Shown: in pieces, positions 9,670 through 18,548 of the stretch
Numbering within the stretch: position 1 is the first letter of the stretch
Layout of the letters: each line of letters begins with the position of its first letter
Assembly (NCBI GenBank): GCA_017860085.1
Contig: JAFNAJ010000003.1
Span: forward strand, 1-38,404
From: Acidobacteriota bacterium
GTDB taxonomy: Bacteria; Acidobacteriota; Vicinamibacteria; Vicinamibacterales; JAFNAJ01
Direction of reading: 5' to 3'
DNA: 38,404 bases
Translations under genes and position numbers: made by a program
Notes under the pieces: generated by a model
The model's input: the letters and a program-made list of their open reading frames with translations, nothing else
Databases searched by the model: none
Told to the model about the DNA's origin: nothing

Positions 9670-10071
9670 ATGGCAGGCCCGACCGCGTCCGTGACTCCCT
9701 CGCTCACGCCCCTCACCGCCGCATTGCTCGCGGTGTGTGCCTGGTTCGTTCCGGGCGTCGGACACCTCTGGCTCAGGCGAACCCAGAAGGGCATCGTGTT
9801 CCTCGCCGTGCTGCCAGTGATGTTCGCCATCGGGCTCGCGCTCCAGGGTCGGCTCTTCCCGTTTCACATACCTGAGCCGCTCGTGGCGCTCGCCGCCCTC
9901 GCCGACCTTGGCATCGGTGCGCTCTACTTCGTGGCCTGGGGACTCGGCCTCGGCGCGGGCAACGTCGTGGCGCCGAGCTACGAGTACGGCAACACGTTCC
10001 TCATCGTCGCCGGCCTGCTGAACGTGCTCGTCGCGCTCGATGCGTACGACATCGCCGTGGGGCGCAAGTAG
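9670..10071 (+). CDS. Hypothetical integral membrane protein, 133 aa (PGVGHLWLRR motif, about 4 TM segments)
   Basis: ATG-initiated ORF. Hydrophobic helices LLAVCAWFV, IVFLAVLPVMFAIGLAL, LVALAALADLGIGALYFVAW, FLIVAGLLNVLVAL. Coding-like GC3 bias. Confidence 0.55.
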   Translation: MAGPTASVTPSLTPLTAALLAVCAWFVPGVGHLWLRRTQKGIVFLAVLPVMFAIGLALQGRLFPFHIPEPLVALAALADLGIGALYFVAWGLGLGAGNVVAPSYEYGNTFLIVAGLLNVLVALDAYDIAVGRK

Positions 10072-10089
10072 CCGTCGCACAGAACGCGC

Positions 10090-10272
10090 ATGCACAGCCA
10101 CCTGCTGCTTCTCGTTGTGTTCTCAGCCCTGACCTCGCTGGTGTTCGCCGTGCTGCAGCGGGACACGCCGCGCGAGCAGGGTCGGCTGTGGCTCCTGCTG
10201 TTCGCCGGGTTCCTGGGCGCGGCGCTGGTGCTGGGCTGGGTCATGTACCCGTTCCCAGGCGGACCAGCCTGA
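10090..10272 (+). CDS. Hypothetical small membrane protein, 60 aa (two predicted TM helices)
   Basis: HLLLLVVFSALTSLVFAVL and LWLLLFAGFLGAALVLGWVMY. No clear SD sequence, so confidence is low. Confidence 0.38.
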   Translation: MHSHLLLLVVFSALTSLVFAVLQRDTPREQGRLWLLLFAGFLGAALVLGWVMYPFPGGPA

Positions 10273-10295
10273 CCCCTCGGGCGCGGCCACTCCCC

Positions 10296-10808
10296 GTGTC
10301 ATCGGTTCAGCCTCAGGATTCCCGCACGCGCGGGCCCCATGCGTGGATCCGTTCGTGGTGGCCGGCTGCCGTCTGGGCCACGGCGATCTTCACAGCGTCC
10401 TCACTGCCCGGGGCAGCCCCGCACGGGCCGGGTTTCGACAAGCTCGCGCACGGTGTGGCATACGCCGTGCTGGCGGTGCTGGTGGCGCGAGGCCTCGCCG
10501 ACCGTTGGCGGCGGGCCGTGACCCCGAAGATGGCCTGGCTGACCGTGCTGATCGCGACGCTCTACGGCGTGACCGATGAGTATCACCAGACGTTCGTGCC
10601 GTCGCGCAGCGCCGAGGGGCTTGACGTGGTGGCCGACGCGGTCGGGGCCTTTGCAGGTGCGGGCGCCGCCTGGGCGTGGGGTTATACTTCCAGTCGAGCA
10701 AAGAGCCATGTCATACGAGAACCTCATCCTCACCCACGAGGGGCCGGTGGCGATCGTCACGATCAACCGGCCGGCCGTCCTCAACGCGCTGAACGGTCGG
10801 ACCATTGA
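10296..10808 (+). CDS. VanZ-like family membrane protein; start inferred at GTG 10296; the 3' end overlaps the next gene by 101 nt
   Basis: AVWATAIFTASSLPG...FDKLAHGVAYAVLAVL...LYGVTDEYHQTFVPSRSAEGLDVVADAVGA matches the VanZ-like pattern (D-E-x-H-Q, R-x-x-x-x-x-D-v-x-a-N/D). Confidence 0.6.
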   Translation: MSSVQPQDSRTRGPHAWIRSWWPAAVWATAIFTASSLPGAAPHGPGFDKLAHGVAYAVLAVLVARGLADRWRRAVTPKMAWLTVLIATLYGVTDEYHQTFVPSRSAEGLDVVADAVGAFAGAGAAWAWGYTSSRAKSHVIREPHPHPRGAGGDRHDQPAGRPQRAERSDH

Positions 10809-11490
10809 CGAGCTGCGGCGGGTCATGCTCGAGGTCCGGCACGACCCGGAAATCCGCGTCGTCATCGTGACCGGGGCAGGCGACCGGGCGTTCGTGGCCG
10901 GCGCCGACATCACGGAGCTCGCCGAGCAGGACCCTGCCGGTGGCCGTGAGATGGCGCTGAAGGGGCAGCACGTGTTCGACCTGGTCGAGCAGCTCGGCAA
11001 GCCCGTCATCGCCGCGATCAACGGCTTCGCCCTGGGCGGTGGCTGCGAGCTGGCCATGGCGTGCACCTTCCGGATCGCCGCGGACACGGCGAAGCTGGGG
11101 CAGCCGGAGATCAACCTCGGGATCATTCCAGGCTACGCGGGGACCCAGCGGCTTGTCCGACTGGCCGGGCGCGACCGGGCGATGGACCTCACCCTGACGG
11201 GCCGGCACGTGTCCGCCGACGAGGCGCACGCGATGGGGCTCGTCACACGAGTCGTCCCCGCGGCGTCGTTGATGGACGAGGTGCGGGCGCTGGCGGCCCA
11301 GCTGGCGGCGAAGCCGCCCCTGGCAGTCCGCTTCGCCATGGACGCGATCAACCGCGGCCCTGACATGCCGTTTCGTGAAGGCTGTGCCCTCGAGGCAGCG
11401 TTGTTTGGCCTTGCCGCGGCCACCGAGGACATGCGCGAGGGAACGCGGGCGTTTCTCGAGAAGCGCAAGCCGGCGTTCCGGGGCCGCTAG
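10708..11490 (+). CDS. Enoyl-CoA hydratase (crotonase family)
   Basis: MSYENLILTHEGPVAIVTINRPAVLNAL, VIVTGAGDRAFVAGADI, AAINGFALGGGCELAMAC, 260 aa. Confidence 0.9.
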   Translation: MSYENLILTHEGPVAIVTINRPAVLNALNGRTIDELRRVMLEVRHDPEIRVVIVTGAGDRAFVAGADITELAEQDPAGGREMALKGQHVFDLVEQLGKPVIAAINGFALGGGCELAMACTFRIAADTAKLGQPEINLGIIPGYAGTQRLVRLAGRDRAMDLTLTGRHVSADEAHAMGLVTRVVPAASLMDEVRALAAQLAAKPPLAVRFAMDAINRGPDMPFREGCALEAALFGLAAATEDMREGTRAFLEKRKPAFRGR

Positions 11491-11990
11491 TGCGCCACAC
11501 GAGCGACGCGCCACCGGTCGCCGACGCCCGGGGCCTTCGCCTGGCCCTCGTGGTCTCTCGCTTCAACTCCGAGGTCACGTCGCGTCTGCTGGACGGGGCC
11601 CGGTCAGCGTTGGCGAAGGCGGGGTCGCAGCCGAGCGCCGTCGAGACGTTCGAGGTGCCTGGCGCCTTCGAGATCCCGTTCGCCGCGCGCGCCGCCGCCA
11701 GCACGGGTCGCTTCGACGCCGTCGTGTGCCTCGGCTGTGTCATTCGCGGCGAGACGCCGCACTTCGAGTACATCTCGTCGGCGGTCGCGCACGGTGTGGC
11801 GGCAGCCTCCGGTGCGACCGGGGTGCCCATCACCTTTGGCGTGCTGACGACCAACACGCTTGAAGAAGCGCTGGCGCGCTCGGAGGAAGGGCCGTCGAAC
11901 AAGGGGTGGGAGGCCGCGTCTGCGGCCATCGACATGGCGAAGCTCGTCCGGCGGATGCACGTGGCCAGGGTGCCGGGCCAGCGCGTGTGA
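11490..11990 (+). CDS. ribH: 6,7-dimethyl-8-ribityllumazine synthase
   Basis: VVSRFNSEVTSRLLDGA, EVPGAFEIPFAA, VVCLGCVIRGETPHFEYIS, ITFGVLTT. The GTG start overlaps the preceding TAG by 1 nt. Confidence 0.9.
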   Translation: MRHTSDAPPVADARGLRLALVVSRFNSEVTSRLLDGARSALAKAGSQPSAVETFEVPGAFEIPFAARAAASTGRFDAVVCLGCVIRGETPHFEYISSAVAHGVAAASGATGVPITFGVLTTNTLEEALARSEEGPSNKGWEAASAAIDMAKLVRRMHVARVPGQRV

Positions 11991-12463
11991 TGTCCGAACC
12001 ACTGTCCCGGGAGGCGCGACGCCGCGCGCGCAGGGCGGCGCTGCAGATGCTCTACGAGTGGGAGGTCGGCGGGCTCGACCTCGACGAGGTGCGCGAGGTC
12101 TACCGCGCCATGCAGCAGACACCGCTCGACGATGAGGAAGAGCGGTTTGCGACAGGCCTGCTGCGCGGCACCGTCTCGCGACTACACGAGGTGGACGCGC
12201 TGATCGCGAGCCAGGCCGAACACTGGCGACTCGAGCGCATGGCGCTCGTCGACCGGGCCATCCTCCGGTTGGCCGTGTTCGAGTTGCTGGCAGCGCCGGC
12301 GACCCCGAGGCCGGTCGTCATCAACGAGGCGATCGAGCTGGCGAAGACGTTCAGCACGGATGCGGCGGTGAAGTTCGTCAACGGGATACTCGACGGCGTG
12401 GCCAAGCGGGTCGCCGAGGGCCCGCCCGACGATGTGCCGGCGCCGCGGCCCGAGACACCATGA
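11990..12463 (+). CDS. nusB: Transcription antitermination factor NusB
   Basis: ARRAALQMLYEWEV..., HWRLERMALVDRAILRLAVFEL, INEAIELAKTFSTDAAVKFVNGILD. Conserved ribH-nusB adjacency. Confidence 0.9.
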   Translation: MSEPLSREARRRARRAALQMLYEWEVGGLDLDEVREVYRAMQQTPLDDEEERFATGLLRGTVSRLHEVDALIASQAEHWRLERMALVDRAILRLAVFELLAAPATPRPVVINEAIELAKTFSTDAAVKFVNGILDGVAKRVAEGPPDDVPAPRPETP

Positions 12464-13962
12464 GCCATCAGGACGTACAAATCGCGCAGCGTCGGGCCAA
12501 CTTCGAGGCCCTCGTCGCCCTCGGCGTCGCGCCCTACCCGAGCGGTTTCGCCCGCACGCATCGCATCACCGATCTCGTTGCCGAGCACGGTGACCGGGCG
12601 GCCGGCGACCTCGAGCAGGCGCACGTCACGGCGGCGGTTGCGGGTCGCATCCTGGGAGTCCGCAGCTTCGGCAAGGCTTCCTTCCTCGTGCTCACGGACG
12701 GGGTGGCCAGGGTCCAGGTCTACATTCGCCAGGATGCCCTGCCCGAGCGCGATTTCGCGGCGTTCAGGCTGCTCGACTACGGCGACATCATCGGCGTGAG
12801 CGGGCGGTTGTTCCGGACGCGGACCAACGAGTTCTCGATCTGGGCATCGGGGCTCGAGTTTCTCGCCAAGTGCTTCGTGCCGCTGCCCGAGAAGTGGCAC
12901 GGGCTGCAGGACGTCGAACTCCGGTACCGGCAGCGCTATCTCGACCTCATCGTCAATCCGGACGTGCGTCGCGTGTTCGAGGTCCGCAGCCGCGCCGTTG
13001 CAGCCATCCGCGAGTTCTACCTGGCGCGCGGGTTCCTCGAAGTCGAGACGCCCATGATGCAGCCCCTCGCGGGGGGCGCGCTCGCGCGGCCGTTCGTGAC
13101 GCACCACAACGCGCTCGACATGGACCTGTTCCTGCGGATCGCGCCGGAGCTCTACCTGAAGCGGCTGGTCGTCGGGGGCATGGAGCGCGTGTTCGAAATC
13201 AACCGGAACTTCCGCAACGAGGGCATCTCGACGCAGCACAATCCCGAGTTCACGATGCTCGAGTCGTACGAGGCTTACGCCGACTACAACGACGTGATGG
13301 CGATGATCGAGGAACTGATCGTCCACGTGGCCACGGCGACGCTCGGCGTCGGGGAGCTCGAGTTCGGGGATTGCCGGATCGCGCTTGGGCGTCCCTTCCG
13401 GCGGCTCTCCCTTCGCGAGGCCGCGGCGGAGCGGGCCTCGGAACGTCTGGGCGAACTCGTCTCACCTTCCGACCTCCGCGTCGCCGACCGGGCGACCCGC
13501 ATCGCCCGCCGGCTCGACGTGGGGGTGGAAGCGAGCGACGGTCCCGGGAAGGTCGCCACGAAGGTGTTCGAGGCACTCTGGCAGGAGTCGCTGGTCGAGC
13601 CAACCTACGTCTACGATTTTCCGACCGAGGTGTCGCCTCTCTCCAAGCAGCGCCCGGACGATCCAGATACCGTCGAACGGTTCGAGCTCTACATCGGCGG
13701 CTTCGAGGTGGCCAACGGCTTCAGCGAGCTCAACGATCCCGAGGAACAGCGCCGGCGCTTCGAGGACCAGTTGCGGCAGCGTCAGGCGGGCGATGCCGAG
13801 GCGCACGCGATGGACCTCGACTACCTCTGGGCCCTGCAACACGGGTTGCCACCGACCGGGGGCGTGGGCGTCGGCATCGACCGGCTCGTGATGCTGCTTT
13901 CCGGCTGCCCCTCGATCAGGGACGTCATCTTGTTCCCCTTGATGCGACCACGCGCGGAGTGA
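12460..13962 (+). CDS. lysS: Lysine--tRNA ligase (class II)
   Basis: 500 aa. RYRQRYLDLI, FLEVETPMMQ, NRNFRNEGIS..HNPEFTMLE, ELNDPEEQRRRFE, PPTGGVGVGIDRLVMLL. Confidence 0.95.
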   Translation: MSHQDVQIAQRRANFEALVALGVAPYPSGFARTHRITDLVAEHGDRAAGDLEQAHVTAAVAGRILGVRSFGKASFLVLTDGVARVQVYIRQDALPERDFAAFRLLDYGDIIGVSGRLFRTRTNEFSIWASGLEFLAKCFVPLPEKWHGLQDVELRYRQRYLDLIVNPDVRRVFEVRSRAVAAIREFYLARGFLEVETPMMQPLAGGALARPFVTHHNALDMDLFLRIAPELYLKRLVVGGMERVFEINRNFRNEGISTQHNPEFTMLESYEAYADYNDVMAMIEELIVHVATATLGVGELEFGDCRIALGRPFRRLSLREAAAERASERLGELVSPSDLRVADRATRIARRLDVGVEASDGPGKVATKVFEALWQESLVEPTYVYDFPTEVSPLSKQRPDDPDTVERFELYIGGFEVANGFSELNDPEEQRRRFEDQLRQRQAGDAEAHAMDLDYLWALQHGLPPTGGVGVGIDRLVMLLSGCPSIRDVILFPLMRPRAE

Positions 13963-13968
13963 CGCCGC

Positions 13969-15204
13969 ATGGGGCTGCCCTTCGAGCTCTACGTGGCGCT
14001 GCGCTACCTGCTGGCGAGGCGCAAACAGGCCTTCATCTCCCTGATCTCGTTCGTCTCCATCCTGGGGGTGGCCGTCGGCGTCATGGCGCTGGTGATCGCC
14101 CTCGCCCTGATGACCGGGCTCCAAGGCGAGCTCCGCGACCGCATCGTCGGGTCGGCCGCCCACGTCTACGTGTGGAAGCTGGGCGAAGGTGGCATCACCG
14201 ATTACGAGTCCGAGGCGAAGGCGCTGATCAAGGTGCCGGGTGTGCTGGGCGCGGCTCCGGCCATGCTGGGCAAGGCGCTCGTCAACACCGAGCGGGCCGA
14301 GGCGTTCATCACCCTCAAGGGGGTGGACGCACGGCTCGAGCGTGACGTGACCGAAATCGCGCGCGCCCTGCAGAGCGGCAGCCTCGACGACCTGGAACGC
14401 AGCTCCGCTGAGGGGCTCGAGGGCATCGCGATCGGCCGGGAGCTGTCGAATCAGCTCGGTGCGGCCGTGGGCGACGTCGTGACCGTGCTCACGCCCCACG
14501 GCTCGCTGTCGCCCATGGGGATGCTGCCGCGCACCCGTCGGCTGCGCGTCGTCGCGGTCTTCTCGATGGGGCTCTACGAGCTCGACGCTGCCTACGGGTT
14601 CGTCTCGCTCCGGGTCGCCGGGCGGCTGCTCGACCGCGCCCATCCGGACTTCATCCAGCTGCGCGTCGACGACATCTACGCCGCGCCTGACATTGCCGAC
14701 GAGATCCCGCGCCGGTTGGGCGAGCGCTATCTGACACAGGACTGGGCCGACATGAACCGGTCGCTGTTCTCGGCCCTGTGGCTCGAGAAGATGGCCATTT
14801 CCATCACGATCGGGCTCATCGTGACGGTGGCCGCGCTCAACATCGTCGCGTCGCTCGTGCTGCTGGTCATGGAGAAGAGCCGCGACATCGCGATTCTCAA
14901 GACGATGGGGGCGTCGGCCGGGAGCGTGATGCGGATCTTCGTCCTGCAGGGGCTCATCATCGGCCTGATCGGCACGGCTGTTGGGGCCGCCGGCGGGCTG
15001 GCCCTTGCGACCGTGCTCGACCGGTATCGCCTGATCCGCCTCCCCATGGACGTGTACCAGGTGTCGTACGTCCCGTTCACGATTCAGCCCCGCGATTTCA
15101 TCATCGTGATCGTGGTGGCCGTGCTGATCTGCCTGGTCGCCACGATCTACCCATCGCGGCAGGCGTCCCGGCTCGACCCCGCCGAGGCTCTGAGGTACCA
15201 GTGA
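13969..15204 (+). CDS. lolC: Lipoprotein-releasing system permease, LolC/LolE family (FtsX-like)
   Basis: ALRYLLARRKQAFISLISFVSILGVAVGVMALV N-terminus, a large periplasmic loop, C-terminal ILKTMGAS...YPSRQASRLDPAEALRYQ. Confidence 0.85.
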   Translation: MGLPFELYVALRYLLARRKQAFISLISFVSILGVAVGVMALVIALALMTGLQGELRDRIVGSAAHVYVWKLGEGGITDYESEAKALIKVPGVLGAAPAMLGKALVNTERAEAFITLKGVDARLERDVTEIARALQSGSLDDLERSSAEGLEGIAIGRELSNQLGAAVGDVVTVLTPHGSLSPMGMLPRTRRLRVVAVFSMGLYELDAAYGFVSLRVAGRLLDRAHPDFIQLRVDDIYAAPDIADEIPRRLGERYLTQDWADMNRSLFSALWLEKMAISITIGLIVTVAALNIVASLVLLVMEKSRDIAILKTMGASAGSVMRIFVLQGLIIGLIGTAVGAAGGLALATVLDRYRLIRLPMDVYQVSYVPFTIQPRDFIIVIVVAVLICLVATIYPSRQASRLDPAEALRYQ

Positions 15205-15881
15205 CGGGTGCGTTCGTGCACGTGGCCGGGCTCAACAAGTCGTTCCGCGCGGGACGCGAGACGATCCACGTGTTGCGCGACCTCGACCTCGAGGTCGGCG
15301 CGGGCGAGATGGTCGCCGTCATCGGCGCGTCGGGCGTCGGCAAGAGCACGCTGCTCCACCTGCTCGGGGGGCTCGACACGGTTGACGCCGGCCGGATCCG
15401 CATCGGCGAGGTCGACGTGACGGCGATCGACGACGCGGAGCGCGTGGCGTTCAGGAATCGGCGAGTCGGCTTCGTGTTCCAGTTTCACCACCTGCTGCCC
15501 GAGTTCAGCGCGCTCGAGAACGCCGAGATGCCGATGCGCATCGCGCGGCAGCCGGCGGGCGAGGCGCGGGCGCGCGCCGAGCGCCTGCTGCGGCGCGTCG
15601 GGCTTGGCGAGCGACTTGCGCACCGGCCTGGCACGTTGTCGGGCGGCGAGCAGCAGCGGGTCGCGCTGGCGCGGGCCTTGGTGATGGAGCCGTCGCTGTT
15701 GCTGGCCGACGAGCCCACCGGCGACCTCGACGAGCACACGGCCGACGCGCTGCACGGCCTGCTTCGCGACGTGCACCGGGAGTGGCACATCACCTCGGTG
15801 ATTGCGACGCACAACATGCGCCTCGCCACGGCGTGCGATCGCGTGCTGAGGCTGGCCGAGGGACGCCTGCACCCCGCGTGA
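15201..15881 (+). CDS. lolD: Lipoprotein-releasing system ATP-binding protein LolD (ABC ATPase)
   Basis: GTGA overlap with lolC. Walker A GASGVGKSTLL, signature LSGGEQQRVALARAL, Walker B LLLADEPTGDLD. Confidence 0.85.
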   Translation: MTGAFVHVAGLNKSFRAGRETIHVLRDLDLEVGAGEMVAVIGASGVGKSTLLHLLGGLDTVDAGRIRIGEVDVTAIDDAERVAFRNRRVGFVFQFHHLLPEFSALENAEMPMRIARQPAGEARARAERLLRRVGLGERLAHRPGTLSGGEQQRVALARALVMEPSLLLADEPTGDLDEHTADALHGLLRDVHREWHITSVIATHNMRLATACDRVLRLAEGRLHPA

Positions 15882-15936
15882 CGGCTGGCCGTCACGCCGA
15901 ACACCTGCCGGCGGCGGCGGTCGCGCCCAAGTCTCG

Positions 15937-15964
15937 TTGTGGCCCCGAGGCCTTGTCTTATAAT
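15937..15964 (+). promoter_or_regulatory. Putative sigma70-type promoter for clpC: -35 TTGTGG (15937-15942), 16-nt spacer, perfect -10 TATAAT (15959-15964)
   Basis: A perfect TATAAT in a very GC-rich 132-nt intergenic region, about 50 nt upstream of the clpC ATG. Motifs read directly; not experimentally supported. Confidence 0.45.
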
Positions 15965-16013
15965 GAAGACGCTGTTTCCCTGACCCGGCAAATCGGTTTT
16001 CACGGGGCTCTCG

Positions 16014-18458
16014 ATGTTCGAGCGGTACACGGAACGGGCGCGACGGGTTCTCTTCTTCGCGCGCTACGAGGCGAGCCAGCTTGGCAGCATCTCCATTGAG
16101 ACCGAGCACCTGTTGCTCGGGCTCATCCGGGAGGGCAAGGGGCTGACGAGCCGGATCTTCGCGCGGTCGCATCTCTCGCTCGAGCAGATCCGCAAGGAAA
16201 TCGAGGGCCGCACCGTCTTCCGGGAGAAGGTGTCGACCTCGGTCGAGATCCCGTTCAGCGCCGAGACGAAACGCGTGCTGCAGTTTGCGGCCGAGGAGGC
16301 TGACCGGCTGCTGCACAACTACATCGGGACCGAGCACCTGCTGCTCGGCATCCTTCGCGAGGAGCGATCGGTCGCGGCGACCATCCTGATGGAGAAGGGC
16401 ATGCGCCTGACCGGTGTCCGCGAGGACATCGTGCAGCTGCTCAACGAGAAGACCTCGCTGTCGAGGGTGAAAGAGACGCCGCTGCTGGCCGAGTTCAGCC
16501 GCGACCTCACCGAGGCTGCGCTCAAGAACGCGCTGGATCCGCTCGTGGGACGCGACAACGAGGTGGAGCGGGTGCAGCAGGTGCTGTGCCGCCGCACCAA
16601 GAACAACGCGGTCCTCATCGGCGAGCCTGGCGTGGGCAAGACGGCCATCGTCGAGGGATTGGCCCAGAAGATCGTCCACGGCGACGTTCCGCACTTTCTC
16701 GCCGACAAGCGCCTGCTGGCGCTCGACATCTCGCTGATCGTGGCCGGCACGAAGTACCGCGGGCAGTTCGAGGAGCGCCTGAAGGCGATCATGAAGGAGC
16801 TCATCGAGAACCCGAACATCATCGTGTTCATCGACGAGCTCCACACGCTGGTGGGCGCCGGGTCGGCCGAGGGGTCGCTCGACGCGGCCAACATCCTGAA
16901 GCCGGCGCTGTCGCGTGGGGAGATCCGCTGCATCGGCGCCACGACCCCGGCCGAGTATCGCAAGTACATCGAGAAGGACCGTTCGCTCGAGCGCCGCTTC
17001 CAGGCGATCAAGGTCGACCCTCCCGGCGAGCGCGAGACCATCGAGATCCTGATGGGGGTGAAGGATCGCTACGAGTCGTTCCACCACGTCGAGTTCACGC
17101 GCGAGGCCATCGAGGCTGCGGTCTACCAGTCGAACCGGTACATCACGGACCGCTTCCTGCCCGACAAGGCCATCGATCTCATCGACGAGGCGGGCGCGCG
17201 GGCCAAGCTCCGCGAGGCCTCGTACAGCGAGGAGTTCGGCGAGATCAACCGGAACATCCGCGTCGCGGTCGAGCAGATGGAGACCGCCGTCTCGCAGAAG
17301 GACTTCGAGCGAGCGCAGTTCTTCCGTGAGCAGGAGGTGATGGCGCGCGAGAACCTCCAGTTCGTGCGCGAGCGCTTCGACGTCAAGTCGAATCAGCGGC
17401 GCATCGTCGTGGGCAAGCAGGAGGTCGATGAGGTCGTCTCGAAGTGGACCGGTGTGCCGCTGACCTCGATCAACCAGGACGAGAGCGACAAGCTGCTGCG
17501 CATGGAGGAGGAGCTCCACCGCCGCGTCATCAGCCAGGAAACGGCCATCTCCGCCCTGTCGCGCGCCATCCGGCGATCGCGGGCTGGACTCAGGGCTCCG
17601 ACGAGGCCGGTCGGCAGCTTCGTGTTTCTGGGTCCCACGGGGGTGGGGAAGACCGAGCTGGCGCGAGCGCTGGCGAACTTCCTCTTCGGCGCCGACAGCG
17701 CGCTCATCCGGTTCGACATGTCCGAGTACATGGAGAAGCACTCGGTGTCGAAGCTCATCGGCTCGCCGCCCGGCTACGTCGGGCACGAGGAGGGGGGGCA
17801 GCTCACGGAGAAGGTGAAGCGCAACCCGTACTCGGTCGTGCTGCTCGACGAGATCGAGAAGGCGCACCCTGACCTGTTCAACATCCTGCTGCAGGTGTTC
17901 GAGGACGGCCACCTGACCGACGGGCTGGGCAACCGGGTGAACTTCAAGAACACGATCATCATCATGACGTCGAACATCGGCGCGCGCTTCATCCAGAAGA
18001 AGGCGTCGATGGGCTTCCAGGCGCCCGACCCCCGGGAGGTCGTCAAGAGCGTCTCGGACATGGTGCTCGGCGAGGTGAGGCGCACCTTCAACCCGGAGTT
18101 CATCAACCGGATCGACGAGATCATCGTGTTCGACCCGCTGTCGGACGATGACCTGCGGCGGATTACGCGGCTGCTCATCGATCAGGTGAACGAGAACCTG
18201 CGCGACCGGCAGCTCCTCCTCGACGTGAAGCCCGAGGTCGTCGACTGGGTCATCGACGTGACCTGCAAGGACCGGTCCTATGGAGCCCGCCCGCTTCGAC
18301 GGGCCATTCAGCGCTACATCGAGGACCCGCTGGCCGAAGAGCTCATCCGCGGGCACCTGCGAGGGGGTGACCTCGAGATCTACCTGGAGGACGGCACCCT
18401 CCACTATCGAATTCCCGGACAGTCGCAGGCCGGCCGCCGGCTAGCCACGAACGTCTAA
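16014..18458 (+). CDS. clpC: ATP-dependent Clp protease ATP-binding subunit ClpC (class I Hsp100, two AAA+ modules)
   Basis: 814 aa. Clp-N repeats [20 protein letters not shown].. and ..[25 protein letters not shown] and [13 protein letters not shown] Walker A motifs. UVR-like [11 protein letters not shown] linker. [11 protein letters not shown]. Confidence 0.9.
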   Translation: MFERYTERARRVLFFARYEASQLGSISIETEHLLLGLIREGKGLTSRIFARSHLSLEQIRKEIEGRTVFREKVSTSVEIPFSAETKRVLQFAAEEADRLLHNYIGTEHLLLGILREERSVAATILMEKGMRLTGVREDIVQLLNEKTSLSRVKETPLLAEFSRDLTEAALKNALDPLVGRDNEVERVQQVLCRRTKNNAVLIGEPGVGKTAIVEGLAQKIVHGDVPHFLADKRLLALDISLIVAGTKYRGQFEERLKAIMKELIENPNIIVFIDELHTLVGAGSAEGSLDAANILKPALSRGEIRCIGATTPAEYRKYIEKDRSLERRFQAIKVDPPGERETIEILMGVKDRYESFHHVEFTREAIEAAVYQSNRYITDRFLPDKAIDLIDEAGARAKLREASYSEEFGEINRNIRVAVEQMETAVSQKDFERAQFFREQEVMARENLQFVRERFDVKSNQRRIVVGKQEVDEVVSKWTGVPLTSINQDESDKLLRMEEELHRRVISQETAISALSRAIRRSRAGLRAPTRPVGSFVFLGPTGVGKTELARALANFLFGADSALIRFDMSEYMEKHSVSKLIGSPPGYVGHEEGGQLTEKVKRNPYSVVLLDEIEKAHPDLFNILLQVFEDGHLTDGLGNRVNFKNTIIIMTSNIGARFIQKKASMGFQAPDPREVVKSVSDMVLGEVRRTFNPEFINRIDEIIVFDPLSDDDLRRITRLLIDQVNENLRDRQLLLDVKPEVVDWVIDVTCKDRSYGARPLRRAIQRYIEDPLAEELIRGHLRGGDLEIYLEDGTLHYRIPGQSQAGRRLATNV

Positions 18459-18494
18459 CATCCTGTAAACTAATCGCTTGGCCTGCCAGCCGAG

Positions 18495-18519
18495 GCCGCG
18501 GTATCTCTGTGTCCGCGGC
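18495..18519 (+). terminator. Weak hairpin (GCCGCGG / 11-nt loop / CCGCGGC) after clpC; possible terminator or RNA structure
   Basis: A 7-bp inverted repeat read directly, 37 nt after the clpC stop. No U-tract. Confidence 0.22.
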
Positions 18520-18548
18520 GCGCCGACCCCGGGAGGCCGACACGCGAC

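Noticed and set aside
11400-11500. Possible FMN riboswitch upstream of ribH
   Set aside because: ribH starts 1 nt inside the stop of the enoyl-CoA hydratase gene, so there is no untranslated leader to hold a riboswitch.
12870-14345. A 491-aa same-strand alternative-frame ORF across lysS and lolC, and similar ones such as 2468-3418, 5827-6891 and 8450-9250
   Set aside because: These are off-frame ORFs with Arg/Pro/Gly/Ala-dominated translations typical of GC-rich off-frames. The primary frames carry unmistakable family motifs.
15147-18404. A 1085-aa minus-strand ORF covering lolD, the intergenic region and almost all of clpC
   Set aside because: It is the mirror frame of strongly supported + genes. 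Its translation is low-complexity (rich in R, D, H, L, V, E) with no recognisable motifs. In very GC-rich genomes the antisense frame of GC3-biased genes rarely contains stop codons. Antisense ORFs of Hsp70/Hsp100 genes are a known source of spurious annotations.
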